Below, piece after piece: positions 42,627 to 49,702 of a stretch of 57,906 nt of DNA. Both the position numbers and the translations under genes were made by a program. Each line of letters begins with the position of its first letter. Position 1 is the first letter of the stretch. Source of the stretch: a virus (Duplodnaviria > Caudoviricetes); the IMG/VR virus record IMGVR_UViG_3300020147_000010, positions 1-57,906 of that record; one strand, given 5' to 3'. The notes under the pieces are model-generated. The model searched no databases. It was given only the letters and a program-made list of their open reading frames with translations, and was not told the DNA's origin.

Positions 42627-42748
42627 CACAGCGAGGCCCGGACCAGATGGTCCGGGCCTCGCGTGCTCCACCGCGCCGTGGCTTCCCGCCAGCGCCGCGT
42701 CCGGCGGCTGGGGTAGGGGACGGGCGGCGGAGGTCCCCCCTCGGGCTG

Positions 42749-43021
42749 TCAGATGGCCGCGCCCACCAGGTCGGTACGCGCGCCCTGGCCGGGCCGGTTC
42801 TCCTTCCACCGGTCCAGGCTCTCCCGGGTGAACACCGGGAGTAGGTACTGGCCGTCCGCCTCGCGCTCCGGCTCGGCCTCGGGGCCGATGCCGCGCGCCA
42901 CGTAGCTGGAGAGCGTGTTCCGCTTCAGGCCCAGGTACGCGGCGGCCGGGCCGTAGCCCACGAACCGGTCCGGCGTCTCGGTCTCCTGGCTTTCCACGGT
43001 CTCGCCTCCTCTCGTAGTCAT
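42749..43021 (-). CDS. HTH DNA-binding protein (AlpA/excisionase/MerR-like)
   Basis: AAAYLGLKRNTLSSYVARG..P.P, F....LDRW..NRPGQGARTDL; TATAGT -10 upstream. Confidence 0.8.
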   Translation of the reverse strand: MTTRGGETVESQETETPDRFVGYGPAAAYLGLKRNTLSSYVARGIGPEAEPEREADGQYLLPVFTRESLDRWKENRPGQGARTDLVGAAI

Positions 43022-43083
43022 GCGTCCGACTATACAGGCACGCCTTCCTAGCTGACAACCGGGAGATTCCCGGCACGGAGCGG

Positions 43084-43112
43084 TTGACACTTCACAGTCA
43101 CGCCTGTAATGT
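43084..43112 (+). promoter_or_regulatory. Early promoter with TGAC-N8-GTCA site
   Basis: TTGACA-N17-TAATGT. Confidence 0.8.
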
Positions 43113-43162
43113 AGTCATCAGCACCGGGGAACACGCCCCGGGCTGAGGCCAGGGAGGCCACC

Positions 43163-43660
43163 ATGACCCGCTCGATCATCGCCAGCATCACCGACGCGAA
43201 CGCCGTTCTGGCCGAGCGCACCTCGGGCGGACTGGCGGCGCACTACATCGCCATCCGCGATGACCGCCCGGCCTCATTCGGGGAGGCCGAGGCGTGGCTG
43301 GCCGAGCACGGCTACCGGGTCGTCGGCGGCTGGGACCTGTCCGCCATGCACACCGGCGTGGACGCCAAGGTCCGGCCGCTGGACAACCTGTTCAACGGCG
43401 TCCGGGCCGCTGGCCTGTGGGCCAAGGTCGGCACCACGCACACCGGCTGGGAGCTCGTCCCGGCCCGCGAGGTCGCCAACGGTGACCTGGTGACGGACTC
43501 CGACAAGTCGGAGCCGTACCTGGTGGCGGGCTCCTCCACCGAGGGCACCGTGACCAAGCTCCACATGGTGGGCGAGGGCAAGGAGTGGAGCGAGCGCCAC
43601 ACCGGCGAGTTTCACGGCCTGGTCTGGGCCGCGCGTCAGCGCGAGGTCCGGCCCGCCTGA
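43163..43660 (+). CDS. Hypothetical protein
   Basis: GGGAGG RBS, promoter upstream, terminator downstream. Confidence 0.8.
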   Translation: MTRSIIASITDANAVLAERTSGGLAAHYIAIRDDRPASFGEAEAWLAEHGYRVVGGWDLSAMHTGVDAKVRPLDNLFNGVRAAGLWAKVGTTHTGWELVPAREVANGDLVTDSDKSEPYLVAGSSTEGTVTKLHMVGEGKEWSERHTGEFHGLVWAARQREVRPA

Positions 43661-43667
43661 CCCTCCC

Positions 43668-43709
43668 CAGCAAGCGGCCCCGGACCTTTCGGTCCGGGGC
43701 CGCTTGCTG
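43668..43709. terminator. Terminator-like hairpin
   Basis: CAGCAAGCGGCCCCGGACC-tttc-GGTCCGGGGCCGCTTGCTG. Confidence 0.75.
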
Positions 43710-43738
43710 TTGACACTTCACAGTCAGGGCTGTAACGT
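43710..43738 (+). promoter_or_regulatory. Promoter firing antisense into the late membrane-gene pair
   Basis: TTGACA-N17-TAACGT with TGAC-N8-GTCA site. Confidence 0.65.
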
Positions 43739-43758
43739 AGTGGACGGTGGAGAAGGCC

Positions 43759-44097
43759 CTACTTGTGGTCGCGGTCCCGGCTCGGGCCGGGGTTCTGGCT
43801 CTGGATCTCCTGGCAGTGAAGAACGGCGCTCCACTGGCGCATGGACGCCTGGATGGCCCGCGAACGGTCGCCGTCCGGTCCAGCCGGTGGGGGCGGGGGA
43901 GCCAGGAACACCTCGATCATGGCGCACACGGCGCGGTCCTGTTCGAGCTGTAGCGCGGCCTCGTCCTTCTCTTGCTCCTGTTCGTTGTGCCAGATCCAGT
44001 ACGACAGGAGCCCGGCGATCATCAGCACGGCCGCGCCCCAGGAGAGGAGCACCAGCCAGACCGGCCGGGTCATCGGCTGACGGATGGCGTTCCTCAC
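43759..44097 (-). CDS. Membrane protein (single TM, two Cys)
   Basis: TM helix then DRAVCAMI...VLHC; end of the late tail unit. Confidence 0.7.
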   Translation of the reverse strand: MRNAIRQPMTRPVWLVLLSWGAAVLMIAGLLSYWIWHNEQEQEKDEAALQLEQDRAVCAMIEVFLAPPPPPAGPDGDRSRAIQASMRQWSAVLHCQEIQSQNPGPSRDRDHK

Positions 44098-44372
44098 GCG
44101 GCATCAGCTCCAGGGTCCGGCGTGGATGACGTAGGCGACGAGGAGGCCGACAGCTCCTCCGGCCCCGATGGCCCCGACGAGAGACTGTCCGCGATACCGG
44201 GTCGTGAGAGCCAGAGCCGCAGAAATCCCGGACCCAGCATCGTGGCGGCGCTGATCAGCATCAGCGGCCACGGGCCTTCCGTGTAGACCGTGTAGCTGCC
44301 CCATGCTCCTCCCAGGAGGAGGAACAGCACGTCCCGCTGGAGGGGTGGCCGTCGTCGTGCTCGCGTGGTCAC
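44094..44372 (-). CDS. Membrane protein (two TM, Ser-rich tail)
   Basis: RDVLFLLLGGAWG...WPLMLISAATMLGPG. Confidence 0.65.
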   Translation of the reverse strand: MTTRARRRPPLQRDVLFLLLGGAWGSYTVYTEGPWPLMLISAATMLGPGFLRLWLSRPGIADSLSSGPSGPEELSASSSPTSSTPDPGADAA

Positions 44373-44381
44373 GCACCATTC

Positions 44382-45116
44382 CTACCTTCCTCCGTACGGA
44401 GTCGTTGCCCGGGAGCGTACCCGGGACGGCCCAGACCTACTCGGGTAGCGCCGTGCCAGCATCGGATCAGTGACAGCCTGCCCGGTCCAGTTGATCTCCA
44501 GGGCACTGCCCCCATGCCATCGGCGCGCCACCCGGTCGGCGGCCCGGTGCTTGGTCAGCGAGGGGACCGGCCGGTGGTCCACGAGCGAGGGCCAGGTGTA
44601 CCAGACCTCGCGGTGAGTCTTCTCGGCCCAGCCCGCCACCCGCATGTCGTCCGGGTGGCCCGCCCGGCGCTCGGCGTAGGCCAGCATCTCCGGGATCAGC
44701 TTCACGGGGAGGGCGATGCACACGCCCCACATCAGTTTCAGGCTCCGGACCCACGGTACCCCGGCCGTGTCGGCCGCCCTTGCCATCGCCTCCCAGCGGA
44801 TCGGCACGGTGCGGCCAGTGCCGAGGTAGGGCGAGACCACGGCGTCCGGCGGGACGTAGACCAGGGCGCGCTCCAGGCCCGCGAGGAGGTCCGCGCACGG
44901 CCGCGCGTCGTCCTGGATCAGGACGTGCCAGTCCGCGTCCGGGTCGGCCAGCTCCCAGGTGCTCCGGGCGTTGCGCCACACCCGGTCATGGTTGCCGCTC
45001 GGCGCGCCGGTGTCCTCGTCCCAGTGCACGGGGACCGGCCGGTCCAGGGCGGCCACCAGCTCGGTGACCGCCTCGGACCGGCTCGGGTGCGCCATGATGG
45101 CGGCGGACAGCCTCAC
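44382..45116 (-). CDS. Glycosyltransferase (GT-A fold)
   Basis: IMAHPSR, WHVLIQDDA (DxD-like), PDDMR, WPSLVDH. Confidence 0.8.
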   Translation of the reverse strand: MRLSAAIMAHPSRSEAVTELVAALDRPVPVHWDEDTGAPSGNHDRVWRNARSTWELADPDADWHVLIQDDARPCADLLAGLERALVYVPPDAVVSPYLGTGRTVPIRWEAMARAADTAGVPWVRSLKLMWGVCIALPVKLIPEMLAYAERRAGHPDDMRVAGWAEKTHREVWYTWPSLVDHRPVPSLTKHRAADRVARRWHGGSALEINWTGQAVTDPMLARRYPSRSGPSRVRSRATTPYGGR

Positions 45117-46903
45117 CGGCCGTCCTTCAGGGCCTGGATGATCTCGCCCTTCTTGTCCTTGCGCGCGCCCAGGACGATCCCCCGGCGCTTGGCGAGCTCG
45201 CGGAGCTGGTCCACCTTCAGCTCCCCGATCGGCTGGCCCGGCCGGGAGTCCTCCAGGAACAGCGACTCCTCCAGCGAGACCACCTCGCGGCGCGGCTCCG
45301 GCCGCTCCTTGACCGGCTCGGGCTCGGTGACCACCGGCGGCTGGACCGGCTCCGGGTCGCTTGACGTGTCAGTGTCAACGACCACCGGCACCGGCTCCGG
45401 GTCGGCGGCGGGCTGGTCCACCGGCGTGCCGGGGCCTTCCGCCACCTGGCCCGGCGCGGCCGGGTACGGGGAGGGAGAGACGCCCTCCCCGGTGATGGCC
45501 GTGGGCGGCTCGGCCGGAGCCGGGGCGCTGTCCGGCGTGACGGCCGGAGCGGCTGGGGTCTCGGGCTCGCCCTTCAGCCGGGTGACGGCCAGCCGATCGT
45601 GGTAGATCACGACCGGCTCCAGGAACCCCTCGTCCACGAGCTCGTCCACGGCCAGGCGTACGCCGCACCAGTCCGGGTGCCCGTAGTCGTCCACCGCGAT
45701 GCGAGCGCCCGGGGCGAGGTGCGGAGCCCACGCCTCGATGTCCCGGCGCGCGCCCTCCTTGGTGTGGTCGCCGTCCACGTACAGGAGGCCCACCTTGGGG
45801 CCGCCCCAGCGCGCGGCCACGTTGTGCGAGAAGTCCTGGACCAGCGTGATGCTGGTGGAGTAGCCCAGGCTCTGGACCCAGTGCTGAGCCCACCGGCGGC
45901 TGGCGTCCTCGGTGAACGGCGGATCGTAGACGTTGCCCGGGAGCTCCCAGGGGTCGATGCCGGTCACGTGCGCGCCGTGGCCCTGGCGAGCGCCCCAGGC
46001 CATCATCAGCGCGGAGCGGCCCTGGAACACGCCGAGCTCCACGATCTCCTGGTCCGCCGGGACCTGGGTGGCGAAGTCGGCCAGGGCCAACATGACGTTC
46101 TCAGGGGTGGCCGCGCGCACGCGCTTGAAGAACCTCGGGTAGCGCATCATCTCTCCTCGTCGGTTGCCCGGCCGGATCGGCCGGGGTGCCCTCTCGTCGG
46201 CCCGACCGGCGCGGAGCTGGCGGACCACGGCCGCCTGGCTCGGGAGCTCCAGCCGTTGCCAGCGCTCGTACGCGGCCCGGTCCTTGGCGAACTGGCTCCG
46301 GTGGTTCACGCGCTGGTACTGCTCGTCCGTGGCGGCCTTCCCGGCCACCGGGTGCATGTGCTCTATCCGCACCTCGGGGAGGTGTCGGAGCGCTCCGGCG
46401 GCCGTGAACAGGTCCATCATCGCGTTGTCGCAATACATATGCTCCACCGGAGCGGGCACCATCCGGCCGAGGGCGCGCACCACGTCCGAGGTGATGGCCC
46501 ACTCGGTGCTCAGCTTGCGGCCCTGGTAGCCGTCGTCCCCGTAGACCATCCCGGTCCCGAGCTCGGCCAGCACGTCCAGGTAGCGCCTGGCCCAGCCGAT
46601 CGTCTGGGGGAGGTGGTCGTCACCGGCGAACGCCAGCGCCCGGTACCGACCGGCCGCCTCCCGGGCCGCCGCGTCCAGCTTGTGGACCATCGGGAGCCAG
46701 GCCGGGATCACCACGAGCTGGGCCGGGAGGCCGTCGTCCTCGGCCACGATCGACCGGTACGCGCCGATCTCGGGGTCGTCGGCGTCCGCCACCACGATCA
46801 TGTCCGCGTGGTCCCAGGCGTTGGTGAAGTCCCACGCGCCGATCACCCGGCGGATGTTCTCGGGGCGGCCCCGGGTCGGGATCAGGACGGCCAGGTCAGG
46901 CAT
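45113..46903 (-). CDS. GT2 glycosyltransferase - SAM-dependent methyltransferase - Pro-rich linker - Rho-N/HeH-like fusion
   Basis: VLIPTRGRP, FAGDDHLP, HMYCDN, EHMHP; IVELGVFQGRS, LLYVDGDHT, AVDDY; C-terminal LKVDQLRELAKRRGI...KKGEIIQAL. Confidence 0.85.
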   Translation of the reverse strand: MPDLAVLIPTRGRPENIRRVIGAWDFTNAWDHADMIVVADADDPEIGAYRSIVAEDDGLPAQLVVIPAWLPMVHKLDAAAREAAGRYRALAFAGDDHLPQTIGWARRYLDVLAELGTGMVYGDDGYQGRKLSTEWAITSDVVRALGRMVPAPVEHMYCDNAMMDLFTAAGALRHLPEVRIEHMHPVAGKAATDEQYQRVNHRSQFAKDRAAYERWQRLELPSQAAVVRQLRAGRADERAPRPIRPGNRRGEMMRYPRFFKRVRAATPENVMLALADFATQVPADQEIVELGVFQGRSALMMAWGARQGHGAHVTGIDPWELPGNVYDPPFTEDASRRWAQHWVQSLGYSTSITLVQDFSHNVAARWGGPKVGLLYVDGDHTKEGARRDIEAWAPHLAPGARIAVDDYGHPDWCGVRLAVDELVDEGFLEPVVIYHDRLAVTRLKGEPETPAAPAVTPDSAPAPAEPPTAITGEGVSPSPYPAAPGQVAEGPGTPVDQPAADPEPVPVVVDTDTSSDPEPVQPPVVTEPEPVKERPEPRREVVSLEESLFLEDSRPGQPIGELKVDQLRELAKRRGIVLGARKDKKGEIIQALKDGR

Positions 46904-47552
46904 ACGGGCTCCAGGTGAAATACGGGCTGAGCAGCGCGGAGCGCTCCCCCGGGGTGATGGCCCTGGGCGCGCGCCAGCGCGAGCCCTTGGGCGTGTAGAG
47001 GTAGTGGTACAAGATCCGGTTCACGACCACCTGAGTCTGGAGTACGCGGAGCCGCCGGAGCTGGTCGGCCCACTCGCGGTCCTCGGCGCGCCCGGCGCGC
47101 GTGCGGCTGAAGTCGGCCATCAGCGCGAGCCGGGTCCGGATCGGGTTGATGTGGCTGATGTCGCGCTCGTACCGGCCGGGGAGGTTGCGCCAGCGCCGGT
47201 GCTCCAGCGAGTGGTACGCCACCGCCGTGGGCTGGCCGTCCGAGTAGCACTGGACCTGGAACCCCACGTAGTCCGGCCGCTCGGCCAGCGCGCCCACGAT
47301 GTCGCGGACGTACGTCGGGGCCACCACGTCGTCATCGTCCACGAACGAGACGTACTCCGTCCCGGCGGTCTCCACCATGCGCTGGCGGATCTTGGGGAGG
47401 GACGGGCTCCCGTCGTTGTGCCAGCCGATCACGCGCACCCGGCCGCCGTACGGGTCGAGCTGAGGCAGAAGCCCGGCCATCAGCCGCTCGAACAGCGCGC
47501 GGCGCTCGCCCAGGGTCGGGACGAGGATCGACCAAGTAGGCGCGGCTGTCAT
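46896..47552 (-). CDS. GT2-family glycosyltransferase
   Basis: WSILVPTLGER, YVSFVDDDD, EDREW, ILYHY; leaderless ATG 47552. Confidence 0.85.
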   Translation of the reverse strand: MTAAPTWSILVPTLGERRALFERLMAGLLPQLDPYGGRVRVIGWHNDGSPSLPKIRQRMVETAGTEYVSFVDDDDVVAPTYVRDIVGALAERPDYVGFQVQCYSDGQPTAVAYHSLEHRRWRNLPGRYERDISHINPIRTRLALMADFSRTRAGRAEDREWADQLRRLRVLQTQVVVNRILYHYLYTPKGSRWRAPRAITPGERSALLSPYFTWSPYA

Positions 47553-47599
47553 GTCCCCAACCTTACAGGACGAGGGGGCATCTCGGGAGGCTCCCTCGC

Positions 47600-47735
47600 G
47601 GGGGGACGGGGGGACCGAATCGGACCCCCGCCCCCGCCCCGGCCCCACACGTACGCACGTCGTGCGCGCACGGGGTGAGACAGTTTCTCGGATGTGTGTA
47701 GGGGGAGTGGTCCCATTCAGTCCCCCCGTCCCCCC
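47600..47735. repeat. ~140 bp inverted-repeat-bounded non-coding element, copy 2
   Basis: GGGGGACGGGGGGACCGAATCGGACC...CACACGTACGCACGTCGTGCGCGC...TTTCTCGGATGTGTGTAGGGGGAGTGGTCCCATTCAGTCCCCCCGTCCCCC; same orientation as 19026-19168. Confidence 0.85.
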
Positions 47736-47737
47736 AG

Positions 47738-48091
47738 CTACTCGGGAGTAACCGGCTCCGGCTCGGCCGCCGGGTCCTCCCCGGGGCCGTCGCCCGGGTC
47801 CTCCGGCTCCTCCTCGGGCGGGTCCACCACCACGGGGCTGGTGGGCGTGGCGGACCAGACCCGGTACTCCGACTTCTGGCCCGTCACGTTGGCGGACGGG
47901 TGGCGGCCGGGCCACTCCTGGAGGTAGTCGATCAGGTCCACGAGCGCGGCATCCATCGCCGCGCCGTTGTCCGGCACGGACCCATCGCTCTGGACCATCA
48001 CCGTGACCGAGAACCCGGAGCCGTCCGGGACAGGGACGTTGATCTGGTGGGGCATCATCGGGACCACTTGCCCGTCCGGGCTGATCGGCAT
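47738..48091 (-). CDS. Hypothetical protein (tail-fibre associated, acidic C-terminus)
   Basis: AAGGAGGAG RBS before ATG 48091. Confidence 0.7.
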   Translation of the reverse strand: MPISPDGQVVPMMPHQINVPVPDGSGFSVTVMVQSDGSVPDNGAAMDAALVDLIDYLQEWPGRHPSANVTGQKSEYRVWSATPTSPVVVDPPEEEPEDPGDGPGEDPAAEPEPVTPE

Positions 48092-48116
48092 GTCTCCTCC
48101 TTGGGTCGGTGCCACC

Positions 48117-48629
48117 CTACGGGGCCAGGATGGCGGTCCAGCGCCACTCGCTGGTGGTGAAGGTGGTCGATGAGCCGAACGCAAAGATGGTGAACCCGGT
48201 CGTGGTGATGTTGATGGCCCGGACGTTCCAGCCCGCCGTGGCTCCGGCCCCGTTGTTGAGGTTGACGTGGACGTTGGGCAGGGCCGGGAAGGTCACGCCG
48301 TAGTTCACGTCCAGGGTCCAGGAGGTGGCCGCGCTCGGGCCGCCGCTGGCGGAGCCGGTCTTGACCATCGGGCCGTTCGCGCCGCCGGACGCCACCGCGC
48401 CGATCACCAGGAGCGAGCCGCGCTGGCTGATCATCTGGACCACCGTGTTGACGGTGGCGTACGCCGTCGCCAGCTTGGGGACGTTGGGGACGATCACGCC
48501 GCTGGACATGGTGATGTTCAGCGTGCCGTTGGCGTTGACCGCGCTCACCGTGCCCACGCGGAGCCGGAGAGTGTCCTCCCCGTCCTCGTCGGGGGTCAGC
48601 TTCTTGAGGAGCTTGGTGTAGTCGATCAT
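48117..48629 (-). CDS. Minor tail protein (spike-like N-terminus, H-type-lectin/gp53-like C-terminus)
   Basis: LRVGTVSAV..DG-like N-domain; VNYGVTFPALPNV...ITTTGFTI...WTA C-domain. Confidence 0.7.
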   Translation of the reverse strand: MIDYTKLLKKLTPDEDGEDTLRLRVGTVSAVNANGTLNITMSSGVIVPNVPKLATAYATVNTVVQMISQRGSLLVIGAVASGGANGPMVKTGSASGGPSAATSWTLDVNYGVTFPALPNVHVNLNNGAGATAGWNVRAINITTTGFTIFAFGSSTTFTTSEWRWTAILAP

Positions 48630-49702
48630 CAGAGCTCCCGGACCTGGAGGCTGGTGTCCCCGGCCAGGTCCAGCGTCACGGCGTCCACCGCGAGCGCCTG
48701 GCCCTCCAGGCTCACCACGTCCCCGGCGGAGATCGTGGGGTCGTACGGCCGGACCAGGGTGTAGGTCGCGCCAGCGCCCACGTTCTGGTTCAGGATCGTG
48801 TTGGCGGCGGCCTGGGCGGCGGCCACGGTCTTGATCAGCGGGGAGGAGAAGAACTCCGTTACGCGGCCGTACGGGCTGGTGCCCGGCCCGGTCCCGGCGT
48901 AGGTCGGGCTTGACGGATCACTGTCAATCGCCACGGCCTGGACCGGCGCGGTCCCGTCCTGGGCCTCGCCGCGCGCCACGATGACGTTGGGCGGCCGGGT
49001 GTCGTAGTCGGCGGACAAGCTGGTGAGCTGGTCCAGCGGGTACGCCGTGGCCGCGTCCGGCGTCAGCGTGCCGATCTGGATGTCCCCCACGCGGTTGTAC
49101 CAGGCCGTCCGGCTGAACCCGGCCAGCACGTCCAGGATCTCCGACCACGGGGCCGTGCCGGGGTCCAGGCCGAACACCCGGGCCGCGCCGAGCGCCACGC
49201 CCACGAGGCCCACGCCGGGGTTCTGGCCGGTGCGGTTGGTGACCACCGCGTTGATCATGTTCCCCAGGTCGGTCCCGCTCGCCACGGTCAGCGCGGTCTC
49301 GAACCGGTAGCGCTCCACGTTGTCGCTGATGTCGATCAGGCCCACGTCCACCACGCGCTGACCGGCCTCGGTCCGGGTGCGCGCCGAGGCCACCTCGTAG
49401 GTGCCGTAGGGCACGGTCGCCAGCGAGCCGTCCAGGAGCTCCAGGCCCAGCTCCACCTCCAGCCGCGTCCCGAATGGCGTCAGGAGGTCGCCCGGCCGCC
49501 GGGGGAGGAGCGAGTCCCCCACGAACGAGAGGCGGCCGTCCCAGCGCGCGTTCCGCCGGGCGTCCTGGGTGAGCGAGCCGCTGACCGGCTCCAGCTCGCG
49601 CGTGACGCCACCGCGCGAGAAGGTGAACCGAGACCAGCGCCGGAACCCGGTGGGCGTGCTGAGGGCCGCCTGGTGGCGCGCCGAGTTGAACCTGGTAGCC
49701 AT
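48629..49702 (-). CDS. Minor tail / baseplate hub protein (DUF5047-like)
   Basis: LLTPFGTRL, NVIVARGE, DSDPSSPTYAG..PYGRV..FFSSPLI. Confidence 0.8.
   Translation of the reverse strand: MATRFNSARHQAALSTPTGFRRWSRFTFSRGGVTRELEPVSGSLTQDARRNARWDGRLSFVGDSLLPRRPGDLLTPFGTRLEVELGLELLDGSLATVPYGTYEVASARTRTEAGQRVVDVGLIDISDNVERYRFETALTVASGTDLGNMINAVVTNRTGQNPGVGLVGVALGAARVFGLDPGTAPWSEILDVLAGFSRTAWYNRVGDIQIGTLTPDAATAYPLDQLTSLSADYDTRPPNVIVARGEAQDGTAPVQAVAIDSDPSSPTYAGTGPGTSPYGRVTEFFSSPLIKTVAAAQAAANTILNQNVGAGATYTLVRPYDPTISAGDVVSLEGQALAVDAVTLDLAGDTSLQVREL

Noticed and set aside
42749-43021. Excisionase implying a temperate, integrating lifestyle
   Set aside because: No tyrosine or serine integrase or parAB is recognisable anywhere in the complete genome; treated as a generic HTH regulator
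10120-43738. Repeated TTGACACTTCACAGTCA as CRISPR repeats or att sites
   Set aside because: Copies are dispersed over kilobases in both orientations with no spacer periodicity; no cas or integrase gene is seen
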